A stretch of DNA of 64,000 nt from Antedon mediterranea. Taxonomy: Eukaryota; Animalia; Echinodermata. The position numbers and the translations under genes are program-made. Below the pieces are notes generated by a model. It saw only the letters and a list, made by a program, of their open reading frames with translations, ran no database searches and had not been told where the DNA came from. The stretch is from contig NC_092679.1 in assembly GCF_964355755.1 (NCBI RefSeq), forward strand, positions 14,925,432-14,989,431, in the 5' to 3' direction. Below, one piece after another: positions 38,601-49,970 of the stretch (the first letter of the stretch is position 1; each line of letters opens with the position of its first letter).

Positions 38601-39365
38601 AGGGTGGAGAGAGTAATAATAATAAATACTTTATTTTAACACGGAAAAGCTTGTGTCACCATAAAGGTGTTCTTCTACAAGGCCGTGATCAACTAACAGT
38701 AATACATTACACATTTAAAAATAACAAATTTTTAAAATAACAAATTTTTAAAATAACAACTGAGTAGAAAACAAGAAGATACTTGGTAGATATAAACAAT
38801 TAATTTTGGAATAGAACTTTAAAAAAACAGCTTAAATGGTGGTTAATATTGAAACTTAAATTTAGGTAGTTAAATGAAATAATTTTATCGATCTGGGAGT
38901 ATGTTCCTAATAAATGCTAAGTCCAATGGATATAGCCTATAGGAGGCCTGGCCTATACCTAAAGTTTGCGGCCTAAACTACTCATTAAAGTATTACGCCT
39001 CAACTCGGTGAATCCTCTATCTATTCATACTACCTACTACTAGGTCTACTACTAGTTAGGGCCTATTCCTTATTTTATTATAGGCCTAGCTTTCTTTTAG
39101 GCAGTAGGAGGCTTGGCCTAGCCATGGAGTAAAGGCCTAGCCTAGCCCTCCTAAGGGGATAACCCGCCCGGCTTAGGCTCTCTAGCTACTAGCTAGGCTT
39201 AGTTAGTAGGGGGCCTAGCTAGGCCCAGGCCTAGCTAGAGTGGCCTAATCTAACTAGGCCTAGGCTAATAATACTTAATATAGGCCTTTATTTTTGTGAT
39301 ATATATGTATATTCAGGGACATTTTACATCTCCCTGGTATATTTATTATTCTACAAAAAACTTAC

Positions 39366-39475
39366 TTACTTTAAATTTACTGTATCAGATTAAAATTACA
39401 TCGAAAAAGAGCGAAAAATGGTATGCTGCTGCGCTTCGTCGACGACGCAATTAATAGAAAAGGGAAATTCCCACT
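39366..39475 (-). promoter_or_regulatory. Putative non-coding first exon and promoter of paralogue A, with a kB site
   Basis: Donor GTAAGT at 39364-39369, CpG-containing exon, GGGAAATTCCC at 39462-39472, and a downstream TAGGCCT-rich tract like other first introns in this window. Confidence 0.5.
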
Positions 39476-39476
39476 C

Positions 39477-39636
39477 ATATGGCGCGCCGAAGTGTCATTT
39501 ATTCGGAAATAAACATATCTTAGTTTAAAACTAAGATATCTCTTTAATAGAGATATCACTCCTCAACACTAAGATATCTCTATTAAAAACTAAGATATCT
39601 CTATTGCTTGAATAAATGACAGCTTGGCGCGATGTG
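39477..39636. mobile_element. Small MITE-like element with internal AGATATCT repeats
   Basis: Inverted ends GCGCCGAAGTGTCATTTATTC / GAATAAATGACAGCTTGGCGC and internal (CTAAGATATCTCT) repeats. Confidence 0.5.
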
Positions 39637-40009
39637 AGTGTGATCATAACCTTTCATAACTGTGCTGTAGAATTACTATTTTCATGAGATTTTGTAAATG
39701 AGGAAACTCATGATGTCATTATGCACGTCATATGGTAATTTAAATATGATAAATGAAAAGTTTAATATCACATTTATATCTGCTCTTAATGCACTTGACT
39801 TGGTCTTAAACCAACCGTTAAAAGAGATAGAGGGGGCTTCAAAATAGTAATTGGCGGCCATTTTCAATTTATGCTACTTTAACCCACTTTCCGATGTCCG
39901 ATTTTGGTAAATTTTTGATATAATGTTCATTTGGACCATATCAACCAGATAAAAAAACAAAAAATCTTGTTGCAATTTGCCTACTCATACTTTTACTGGA
40001 CTAACTTAG

Positions 40010-40677
40010 TGTGTGTTTCCTTATCGCAACTTGTTCTACATAATCAGTTGGGTATATTCACAAGTGTGATGTCAGTGGGTTTTTTTAAGAACATAATATA
40101 ATGAATGTAGTTTTGCTACTGGATGGATAGATGCGGTAAAACCACTATTTATGAAATTTGATATTGATGCTGATGATTTTGCTTTTGTATACGGATAGTC
40201 AAATGCATTTTATAGCTTGAGAACATTACAGGTTTGTTAAGACGTTATTGCTATTGCAAATTCAACTGGTTCTTACCTACTGGTCTTCAGCATTCTTATT
40301 ATTTACGCTTCATTGAAACTGGACCGTCAGTACTTTTTATTGTTATCTACCACAAGAAATTGTGTGTTTCCTTATCACAACTTGTTCTACATATCAGTTG
40401 GGTATATTCACAAGTGTGACGTCAGTGTTTTTTTTTAAAGAGAATGTAGTTTTGCTACTGGATGGAGATGCGGTAAAACCACTATTTATGATATTTGATA
40501 GTGATGCTGATGATTTTGCTTTTGTATACGGATAGTCAAATGCATTTTACAGCTTCAGAACATTACAGGTTTGTTAAGACGTTATTGACCTATTGCAAAT
40601 TCAACTGGTTCTTACCTACTGGTCTTCAGCATTCTTATTATTTACGCTTCATTGAAACTGGACCGTCAGTACTTTTC
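40010..40677. repeat. Near-perfect ~350-bp tandem duplication
   Basis: GTGTGTTTCCTTATC.CAACTTGTTCTACA...GGACCGTCAGTACTTTT occurs at 40010-40337 and 40362-40677. Confidence 0.9.
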
Positions 40678-41519
40678 ACGCTGCTGCTATAGCCCGCTAC
40701 GTCACACGAGATGACTCATTTATTAGATGAAATCTAGTTATAGTACTACTACACTTTGACATTTTTGCTAAAATGGAAACTCGATTATAATTTATAGGTA
40801 TCAGCTGCATTTCTGGTATTTATGAGTCCCATGACAATACTGTATTTTGCTGTCAGATAATCATTGAATTATTATCAAAACAGTCCATGAAAGTTTTTGT
40901 TTGTAATATGATACTTCACACTTGAAGTATCTAAGGCGTGATGAAGTGACCCCCAGACTTGACCTTAGCAATAAAATAAACTAAATTGAGTCTGTTTCAT
41001 ATCAAAGTTATTCACTTCTGTAACAAAATTTAAAAAGAGAAAAGAAACGTTTAATTATAACTCAAAAACCACATTGTCTGACAGACAATTGAAGTATTTT
41101 TTGCTTTTAATTACATTTTTTCAGGTAAAATAACTATTATGTGACAATAAAATTACACATTCAAAAACAAATTTAAAATAAAAAATATTTTTCAGAGGGA
41201 CAATATATCTTTAAAACTGTTACGTCAATAAGCGAGCAGCGTTTTTTGTAAGAAATATTTCTTGTTATTGCTATCTACCACAAGAAATTGGAAGCCAACG
41301 AACAAATAAAGGTTGTTACAAAAATAAATCGTTGATATTGTAATATTTTAAAAAATTACAAATTTAAATATCGACAAAGAGAAAGCAAATTGACCTTTTA
41401 ATTCCGATATTACAATATAGTTGGGGAGCCAGAAATATGTACCTTCTGAATAGTATGTCAACAAAAATATTCCAATACACCCAGTAGTCTCGATATTACG
41501 CTCCTTAATCAATTCATCT

Positions 41520-42675
41520 CTTTTATCTGGCATTTTTCCTGATGCTTTGAAAATTATTGGTGTTATAACTCCACTATTAAAGAAATCTACATTAGATCCT
41601 CATTCTTTTGCTAATTTGTCTAAAGTTATCGAGAAGGTAGTTTGTTCAATTTTGGTTAAATTTTTAAATCTAAATAATTTATTCGATCAGTCAGCCTATA
41701 GAAAGGCACACAGCACGGAATCTGCTGTACTGAAAGTAAATAACGATATTTTGCAGGCCCTCGACAAGGGACACTGTACAGTGTCTGTATACCTGGACTT
41801 GTCCGCGGCCTTCAATACTATTGACCATTGTATCCTCATAGATCGACTTTCAGACTTAGGTCTTTCTGGTACAGTGTTGGCATGGTTCAACTCTTACATA
41901 ACATCGAAAAAACAGTCTGTTAGAGTGGAATCAGCTATCTCCGATCCTGTTTCTATAGATTTTGGTGTCTCCCAAGGTTCCACCCTGGGGCCCATTTTGT
42001 TCTTAATTTACATGCGCCCCCTCGGTGATATTATTCACAAACATACAATCAAGTATCACATTTACGCTGATGATACTCAACTGTATACTTCAATCCAGAG
42101 AATACCACTGAGTCAATCCGCATCCTAGAGGCATGTATTGATGATACGTACATTCGTGGCTGTCTTCCAACATGCTTCGCTGTAAACACCGATAAGACTG
42201 AAGTCCTTTACATAAATTCCAAACGTCATGCAAATATGCCCATAATTGAAACCATTCGTGTGGGAGACGCCTATATCATTCCATCGTTTGAGGTACGTAA
42301 TGTCGGCGTAACATTTGACTCCGCTTTATCCATGAATAGGCATATCACCAATATTAGCCGAGCAGTATCTTTTCAACTCCGGAACATCAGGGTAGTTAGA
42401 CGTTTCTTAAACGAGGATACTACATTAAAGCAAGTGCATGCCCTAGTAACATCCAGATTGGACTAGTGTAATGGAGTTCTTTATGGATTGCCTCAAACAT
42501 CTATTAGAAGACTTCAACTACTAATGAATAGTGCTGCCCGTCTCGTCACGTCACTCGGACACCTAAATTTCAACATATCACCCCTGTTCTCCGTCTCCAT
42601 TGGCTCCCTGTTGAAAAGCGTATTGTTTTCAAAGTTCTGTTATTTGTTTTAAATCCATTCATCATTTGTCCCAGC
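41520..42675 (+). mobile_element. 5'-truncated, decayed L2/CR1-group LINE reverse transcriptase (left part)
   Basis: QSAYRKAHSTE, LDLSAAFNTIDH, GVSQGSTLGPILF, YADDTQLY, VRNVGVTFDS and LVTSRLD, with stops and frameshifts. Confidence 0.9.
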
Positions 42676-43179
42676 CATAGTTGCCATTTCTGGCATTATT
42701 ATGCTTTTTGGCATTATTTGGAGGCCCACGGCATCTGGCATAATGCCGCAGCATTATTTAGCCGTTTTTAGCATAATCTGGCATAATTTTGTGTTTTTTG
42801 AACAACCAAAAAAATAATATACCACAGAACAAAAATAAAATATTTTGTTAATACATATCACCTTACACAATATCATATCGTAAAAAACAGATCTGTTCAG
42901 GTTTTCCGTACAATAGTTCTTCCATCCTTTCGTTTCGGACTTCATCGACTCTTCGGATAGGAAGGCTGCTCGAAAACTACCGTGTGTGCGATATAGGCAG
43001 CACAACAAATCCGAAGAGGCTAGCTATTGGCCAATTATGTTGCTCTATTTCAGAGACCATGCGGGTTATTGGATCCCCAGATATAGAGACAATTGAACGA
43101 AAACATTATGAAAGGGGTTTTGTTTTTTCAGTTCATAATTATAAGTGGCCACACCCCTACCCCAACCCTTAAAATGGCA

Positions 43180-46100
43180 ATTTCCGGTAACTAGAAGCTC
43201 TAATTTTAAAAAGAATTTCTTCTAGAGAATTTGTTTTCCATATTTCAAATTATGTTCCATTTGCATCGTCGTAGCAACCCTTATTTCAAAATGTTCTTCA
43301 CCTCTCAGTGACCATGATGGGGCGAGGTCCTAGGGACTCTTATACATTTTTATTTAAAATTAAGTGCAATTTCCGGCCATCTAGCAGCTCTATTTTTCCA
43401 ATTTGTTTTACCTCAGCCCCAACCATGGTGGGGCTGAGGTCCTTGAAACACTTAATATATATTTTTATTTCCTATTTTAAATTATAATTGGCACTTTCAA
43501 AACTATCATGGGCTAAGATCCTGGAGGTACTAATAAATATATTTTTATTTCACATTTGAAATTAAGTGCCATTTCCGGCCATTGAGTGAGCAGCTCTATT
43601 TTTTTCATATTTTCTTACCTCAGCCCCAACCATGGTGGGGTTGAGGTCCTGGAGACACAATTAATATATATTTTGATTTCCTATTTTAAATTATAATTGC
43701 CATTTTCGAACTATGGTGGGCTAAGATCATGGAGACACTAATAAATATATTTTGATTTCATATTTTAAATTAAGTGCCATTATATTTCCGGCCATCTAGC
43801 AGCTCTATTTTTCCAATTTATTTTACCTCAGCCCCAACCATGGTGGGGCTGAGGTCCTGGAAACACTTAATATATATTTTTATTTCCTATTTTAAATTAT
43901 AATTGGCACTTTCAAAACTATCATGGGCTAAGATCCTGGAGGTATACTAATAAATATATTTAGGTGATCATTTAGAATAAAATGATCACCTATTGTTATT
44001 GTATGAAATCTTTATTCTTATTCTTATTATTTATTTCTCTCTGTACAGATTTTGTGTAACAAATATCTCAAAAAGTTTAATGTTAATGATTACCAAAATT
44101 TCACAATGTCTTTCAAATACGTTAACTTAGTCCTAATAAGCTTTTCAGCGTGATCACTCATCCGTGACGTCACGTATACGCCATTTTGTGAAATCACATT
44201 ATCAATCATATCTCCATAATTTATTATCACATATTAATGAAAATCACTACACGTAAACTTGAGGTCAAGGTAAAAAATATTAGCAAATAAAAACTCGGGC
44301 GTTTCAAGGTCATGCACGTGAAATCGCGCGTTGAAATTTTAAAAAGCTCAAAATTTAGTTTTTATCAATTTAGAGCATGAAATAGGCCATTTGTGTGTTT
44401 AAAAAAATTACTGCGCAAAAACACATTTTTGCGCACGCGATTTTTAAAAAGGGTAAAAAATAAAATTTGATGTATACATCATATTCTACTCACAATCCTT
44501 AGTACATTCTCCGACTTTGAGTCCATTCCGACTTAAAATAACGCTATACGAGCACGTTAAAAATGACAAAATACGCACTTTAATTGTACAAAAGTGCTAA
44601 AAATGGTAAAAAATAAGGACTTTTTAAAATGAATATAACTATTCAGAATGGCAGGTGACCCCCAATTTTTTTAACTTATTATGGAAGCCAATAAGTTGTA
44701 TATACAAATGTATATACACATTAGACGTACAAAATGGTATGACGTCATCAAATGGCCACTTGAATTTAGAAATTAGGAATTTTTATCGTTTTGTGTGGGT
44801 TATCACATTCAATAGAGCGCATCTCCGTTATTTGAGCCCGATTTTCGCACAAATTTTAGTATGTGCTTGCTCAATTAATTATCTTTCTAATGAGTAGTCA
44901 ACATTTTTATTTTGATTACTTCATCACGCGTAAAAACTTGAATAACCTAGGTCGTGTAATTTCAGCTACACCATACATTTGAATATCTTAAAGCTCTTCA
45001 GAATTAAAGGTGACCTTGAAGATTATAATTTATTATGAAAGCTGATGAAATGTAGATATGAATTCATATAAAAATTAAGCGTATCGGATGTTGTGATGTT
45101 ATCATATGGCCAGTTGAAGTTAAAAAGTAGTTTTTAAATTTCTTTAGTCGAAGTTATAAGAATTTCAAAGAGCGCGCATTGCGCTTCTACGTGTCAAATT
45201 CTCTTCCAATCCTTATATCTATTTGCTCAATTCATTATCTTTCGAAATTGTCATCTTCGAGTTTATTTTGATAATTCCATCATACCAAAAAATTTGAACT
45301 TGATGTGTGTCCCATAATTTCACCTATGCTACACTGTATATAGATATACAGTATATACTGTACATTGTATATAGCATATAATAGGCATAACTCAGCACTA
45401 TAAGCGTATAATAGGATGGCATACATCAACATTTTCCTATCGTATGTTAACGTACGTACATGTTTAAAAAAAATTTATTTCATTAAAATGATAAAAATGA
45501 TCACCTATAATTCGTCAAAGTGACGAATTAAATTCTAGTTAGGTGATCATTTAGAATAAAATGATCACCTATTGTTATTGTATGAAATCTTTATTCTTCT
45601 TATTCTTATTATTTATTTCTCTCTGTACAGATTTTGTGTAACAAATATCTCAAAAAGTTTAATGTTAATGATTACCAAAATTTCACAATGTCTTTCAAAT
45701 ACGTTAACTTAGTCCTAATAAGCTTTTCAGCGTGATCACTCATCCGTGACGTCACGTATACGCCATTTTGTGAAATCACATTATCAATCATATCTCCATA
45801 ATTCATTATCGCATATTAATGAAAATCACTACACGTAAACTTGAGGTCAAGATAAAAAATATTAGCAAATAAAAACTCGGGCGTTTCAAGGTCATGCGCG
45901 TGAAATCGCCCGTTGAAATTTTAAAAAGCTCAAAATTTAGTTTTTATCAATTTAGAGCATGAAATAGGCCATTTGCGTGTTTCAAAAAATTACTGCGTAA
46001 AAACACATTTTTGCGCACGCGATTTTTAAAAAGGGTAAAAAATAAAATTTGATGTATACATCATATTCTACTCACAATCCTTAGTACATTCTCCGACTTT

Positions 46101-49100
46101 GAGTCCATTCCGACTTAAAATAACGCTATACGAGCACGTTAAAAATGACAAAATGCGCACATTAATTGTACAAAAGTGCTAAAAATGGTAAAAAATAAGG
46201 CCTTTTTAAAATGAATATAACTCTTCAGAATGGCAGGTGACCCCCAATTTTTTTAACTTATTATGGAAGCCAATAAGTTGTAGATATAAATATATATACA
46301 TATTAGACGTACAAAATGGTATGACGTCATCAAATGGCCACTTGAATTTAAAAATTAGTAATTTTTATCTTTTTGTGTGGGTTATCACATTCAATAGAGC
46401 GCATCTCCGTTATTTGAGCCCGATTTTCGCACACATTTTAGTATGTGCTTGCTCAATTAATTATCTTTCTCGTGAGTTGTGAACATTTTTATTGTGATGA
46501 CGTCATCACGCGTAAAAACTTGAATAACCTAGGTCGTGTAATTTCAGCTACACCATACATTTGAATATCTTATAGCTCCTTAGAATTAAAGGTGACCTTG
46601 AAGATTATAATTTATTATGAAAGCTGATGAAATGTAGATATGAATTCATATTAAAATTAAGCCTATCGGATGCTGTGATGTTATCATATGACCAGTTGAA
46701 GTTAAAAAGTAGTTTTTAAATTTCTTTAGTCGAAGTTATAAAAATTTCAAAGACCGCGCATTGCGCTTCTACCTGTCAAATTCTCTTCCTATCCTTATAT
46801 TTATTTGCTCAATTCATTATCTTTTGAAATTGCCATCTTCGAGTTTATTTTGATAATTCCATCATACCAAAAAATTAGAACATGATGTGGGTCCCGTAAT
46901 TTCACCTATGCTACACTGTATATAGATATACAGTATATACTGTACATATTGTATATGACACATAATAGGTACAACTCAGCGCTATAAGTGTATATGCATC
47001 ATGTCATAGGATGGCGTACATCAACTTTTTACAATCGTATGTTAACGTACGTGCATGTTTCAAAAATGTTAATTTCATTAAAATGATAAAAATGATCACC
47101 TATAATTCGTCAAAGTGACGAATTAAATTCTAGTGAGAAATTGTTTTTGTCCAAAAAAAATGTTTCTTCGCAATTTCTTTCTGTACAGATTTTGTGTAAC
47201 AAATATCTCAAAAAGTTTAATGTCAATGATTACCAAAATTTCACAATGTCTTTCAAATACTTTAACTTAGTCCTAATAAGCTTTTCAACGTGATAACTCA
47301 TCCTTGACGTCATTTATACGCCATTTTGCAAAATCACATTATCAATCATATCTCCATAATTCATTATCACATATTAATGAAATTCACTACACGTAAACTT
47401 CTGGTCAAGGGTAAATATATTAGCAAATAAAAACGCACGTGCACGTAGGGTCATGTGCGTGAAATCGCGCGTTAAAAATTTAAAATGCTCAAAATTAAGT
47501 TTTGATCAATTTAGAGCATGAATTAGGCCATTTGCGTGTTTCAAAAAATTACTGCGCAAAAAAAAATTTTGCGCGCGCGATACTTAAAAAGCGTAAAAAA
47601 TATGAATTTTTTTTACAAATCTCATTCTACTCACCGTCCTTAGTACATTCACCAAATTTGAGTCAGTTCCGACTTAAAATAACGCTATACGAGCAGGTTA
47701 AAAATGACAAAATGCGCAAATTAATTGCATCAAAGTGATGAAAATGGTGAAAAATAAGGCCTTTTTAAAATGAATATAACTCTTCAGAATGGCAGGTGAC
47801 CCCCAATTTTTTTAACTTATTATGGAAGCCAATAAGTTGTAGATATAAATATATATACATATTAGACGTACAAAATGGTATGACGTCATCAAATGGCCAC
47901 TTGAATTTAAAAATTAGTAATTTTTTTCTTTTTGTGTGGGTTATCACATTCAATAGAGCGCATCTCCGTTATTTGAGCCCGATTTTCGCACAAATTTTAG
48001 TATGTGCTTGCTCAATTAATTATCTTTCCCATGAGTTGTCAACATTTTATTTTGATGACGTCATCACGCGTAAAAACTTGAATAACCTAGGTCGTTTAAT
48101 TTCAGCTACACCATACATTTGAATATCTTATAGCTCTTCAGAATTAAAGGTGACCTTGAAGATTATAACTTATTGTGAAAGCTGATGAAATGTAGATATA
48201 AATTGATATAAAAATTAAGCTTATCGGATGTAGTGATGTTATCATATGGCCAGTTGAAGTTAAAAAGTAGTTTTTAAATTTCTTTAGTCGAAGTTATACA
48301 AATTTCAAAGAGCGCGCATTGCGCTTCTACGTGTCAAATTCTCTTCCATTCCTTGTATTTATTTGCTCAATTCATTATCTTTCGAAATTGTCATCTTCGA
48401 GTTTATTTTGATAATTCCATCATACCAAAAAATTAGAACATGATGTGGGTCCCGTAATTTCACCTATGCTACACTGTATATAGATATACAGTATATACTG
48501 TACATATTGTATATGACACATAATAGGTACAACTCAGCACTATAAGTATAATGCATCATGTCATAGGATAGCGTACATCAGCTTTTTACGATCATATGTT
48601 AATGTACACGCATGTTTAAAAAATGTTAATTTCATTAAAATGATAAAAATGATCACCTATAATTCGTCAAAGTGACGAATTAAATTCTAGTTTTATTTTA
48701 TATTTGAAATTAAGTGCCATTTCCGACCATTGAGCAGCTCTATTTTTTTCATATTTTCTTACCTCAGCCCCAACCATGGTGGGGTTGAGGTCCTGGAGAC
48801 ACAATTAATATATATTTTGATTTCCTATTTTAAATTATAATTGCCATTTTCGAACTATGGTGGGCTAAGATCATGGAGACACTAATAAATATATTTTTTT
48901 TCATATTTTAAATTAAGTGCCATTTCCGGCCATCGAGTAGGTATTTTTTTCCAAATTTTCTTATCAACCATGGTGGGGCTGAGGTCCTGGAGACACTCAA
49001 AATAATTTTTTTTATTTCCTATTTTAAATTATAATTGCTATTTTCTAATTATGGTGGGCTAAGATCCTTTCATATTTGAAATTAAGTGCAAAGATCCCGG

Positions 49101-49115
49101 CCATCGAGCAGCTCT
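43180..49115. repeat. ~210-bp tandem repeat inside the hAT-like element, split by the Helentron array
   Basis: The unit contains ATTTCCGGCCATC.AGCAGCTCTATTTT and the hairpin CCTCAGCCCCAACCATGGTGGGGCTGAGG. Copies lie at 43180-43960 and 48692-49115. Confidence 0.8.
43961..48691 (+). mobile_element. Head-to-tail trimer of a ~1.57-kb Helentron-type non-autonomous element
   Basis: Units 43961-45540, 45541-47134 and 47135-48691. The 5' hairpin is AGGTGATCATTT-AGAATA-AAATGATCACCT. The 3' end is AAATGATCACCT + AATTCGTCA-AAG-TGACGAATT + CTAGT. Inserted in a T run without a TSD. Confidence 0.85.
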
Positions 49116-49476
49116 CATATTTCAGTTCAAAAATTATAAATTTCCATGGCTGTGTAACAGGTTTTTTTTTTTTTGGGTGGGGGAGTGGGGTGGGGGTTGG
49201 TGTTGGTGTCATTTGCAATTACCATTTTCGCACCCCAGATATTTAGAATTATTAGTTATTACTCACAAAACTAAAAATATAAATTTTGTACGACATGGGG
49301 ATACAATTTTAGGCCCTATTTTGTGTCAGTTGGGGTTTTACAAACGTTTATTAGACATAAAACCGTTGGTGGCGCTGTTTAGGGCCACATTTTGGGGATC
49401 TGGCATTATTTTTCCCAATCTGGCATTATTTGAGACAGGATACGGCATAATTTAAATTTTATCGCTGGCAACGCTG

Positions 49477-49710
49477 GTCCCAGCGTATATTTCAGAGTTA
49501 ATCAAGTTTCGCTCGGCGACCTGTACTCGTTCCCTCCGGTCCACTCTTAACTAGTATCCACGGTGTAGATTGAAGTCATGTGTGGAGCGATCTTTCGTGG
49601 TCGCTGCTCCAAAATTGTGGAATTCTTTGCCTTTGGTGATTCGTGGGTCTCCCTCCGTTTCAATTTTCAAAGCTCACTTGAAGACTCACTTGTTTCGTTC
49701 TGTGTGAATT
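49477..49710 (+). mobile_element. L2-type LINE, right part (ORF2 C-terminus)
   Basis: The LINE resumes after the TSD: PAYISELI..., ERSFVVAAPKLWNSLP..FKAHLKTHLF, a typical L2 ORF2 end. Confidence 0.85.
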
Positions 49711-49970
49711 CATTATTTTTTCATATACATTTTATTCATTTTATTGTTTGTTAGGCAGGATAGTCACATGCTCACATCACTATGACACTTGTGAATCATT
49801 CACAACAATAGCTAGCTTGTCTTGAAAAGTTATTGAAACAGTGGGGTGATGTGAGATTCCTTTTTCGGACTTTTTCTGTTGTCTTGGTCAATTTATTCGT
49901 TTTTTAGGCTATTTCGTGGTTTATTTTACATCAACATTTTCATTTTCACACTTGTGCTAAACAGCGCATA

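Larger units (their letters stand above)
42676..49476. mobile_element. Non-autonomous hAT-like DNA transposon inserted in the LINE
   Basis: Exact 8-bp TSD GTCCCAGC at 42668-42675 and 49477-49484. Imperfect TIRs CATAGTTGCCA / TGGCAACGCTG. Subterminal GGCATTATT repeats. Confidence 0.85.

Noticed and set aside
44655-48122. Three similar ORFs (MTPNFFNLLWKP...) as a gene family
   Set aside because: They are incidental frames with GTG starts inside the three Helentron-type units. Their stops differ and they have no recognisable domain.
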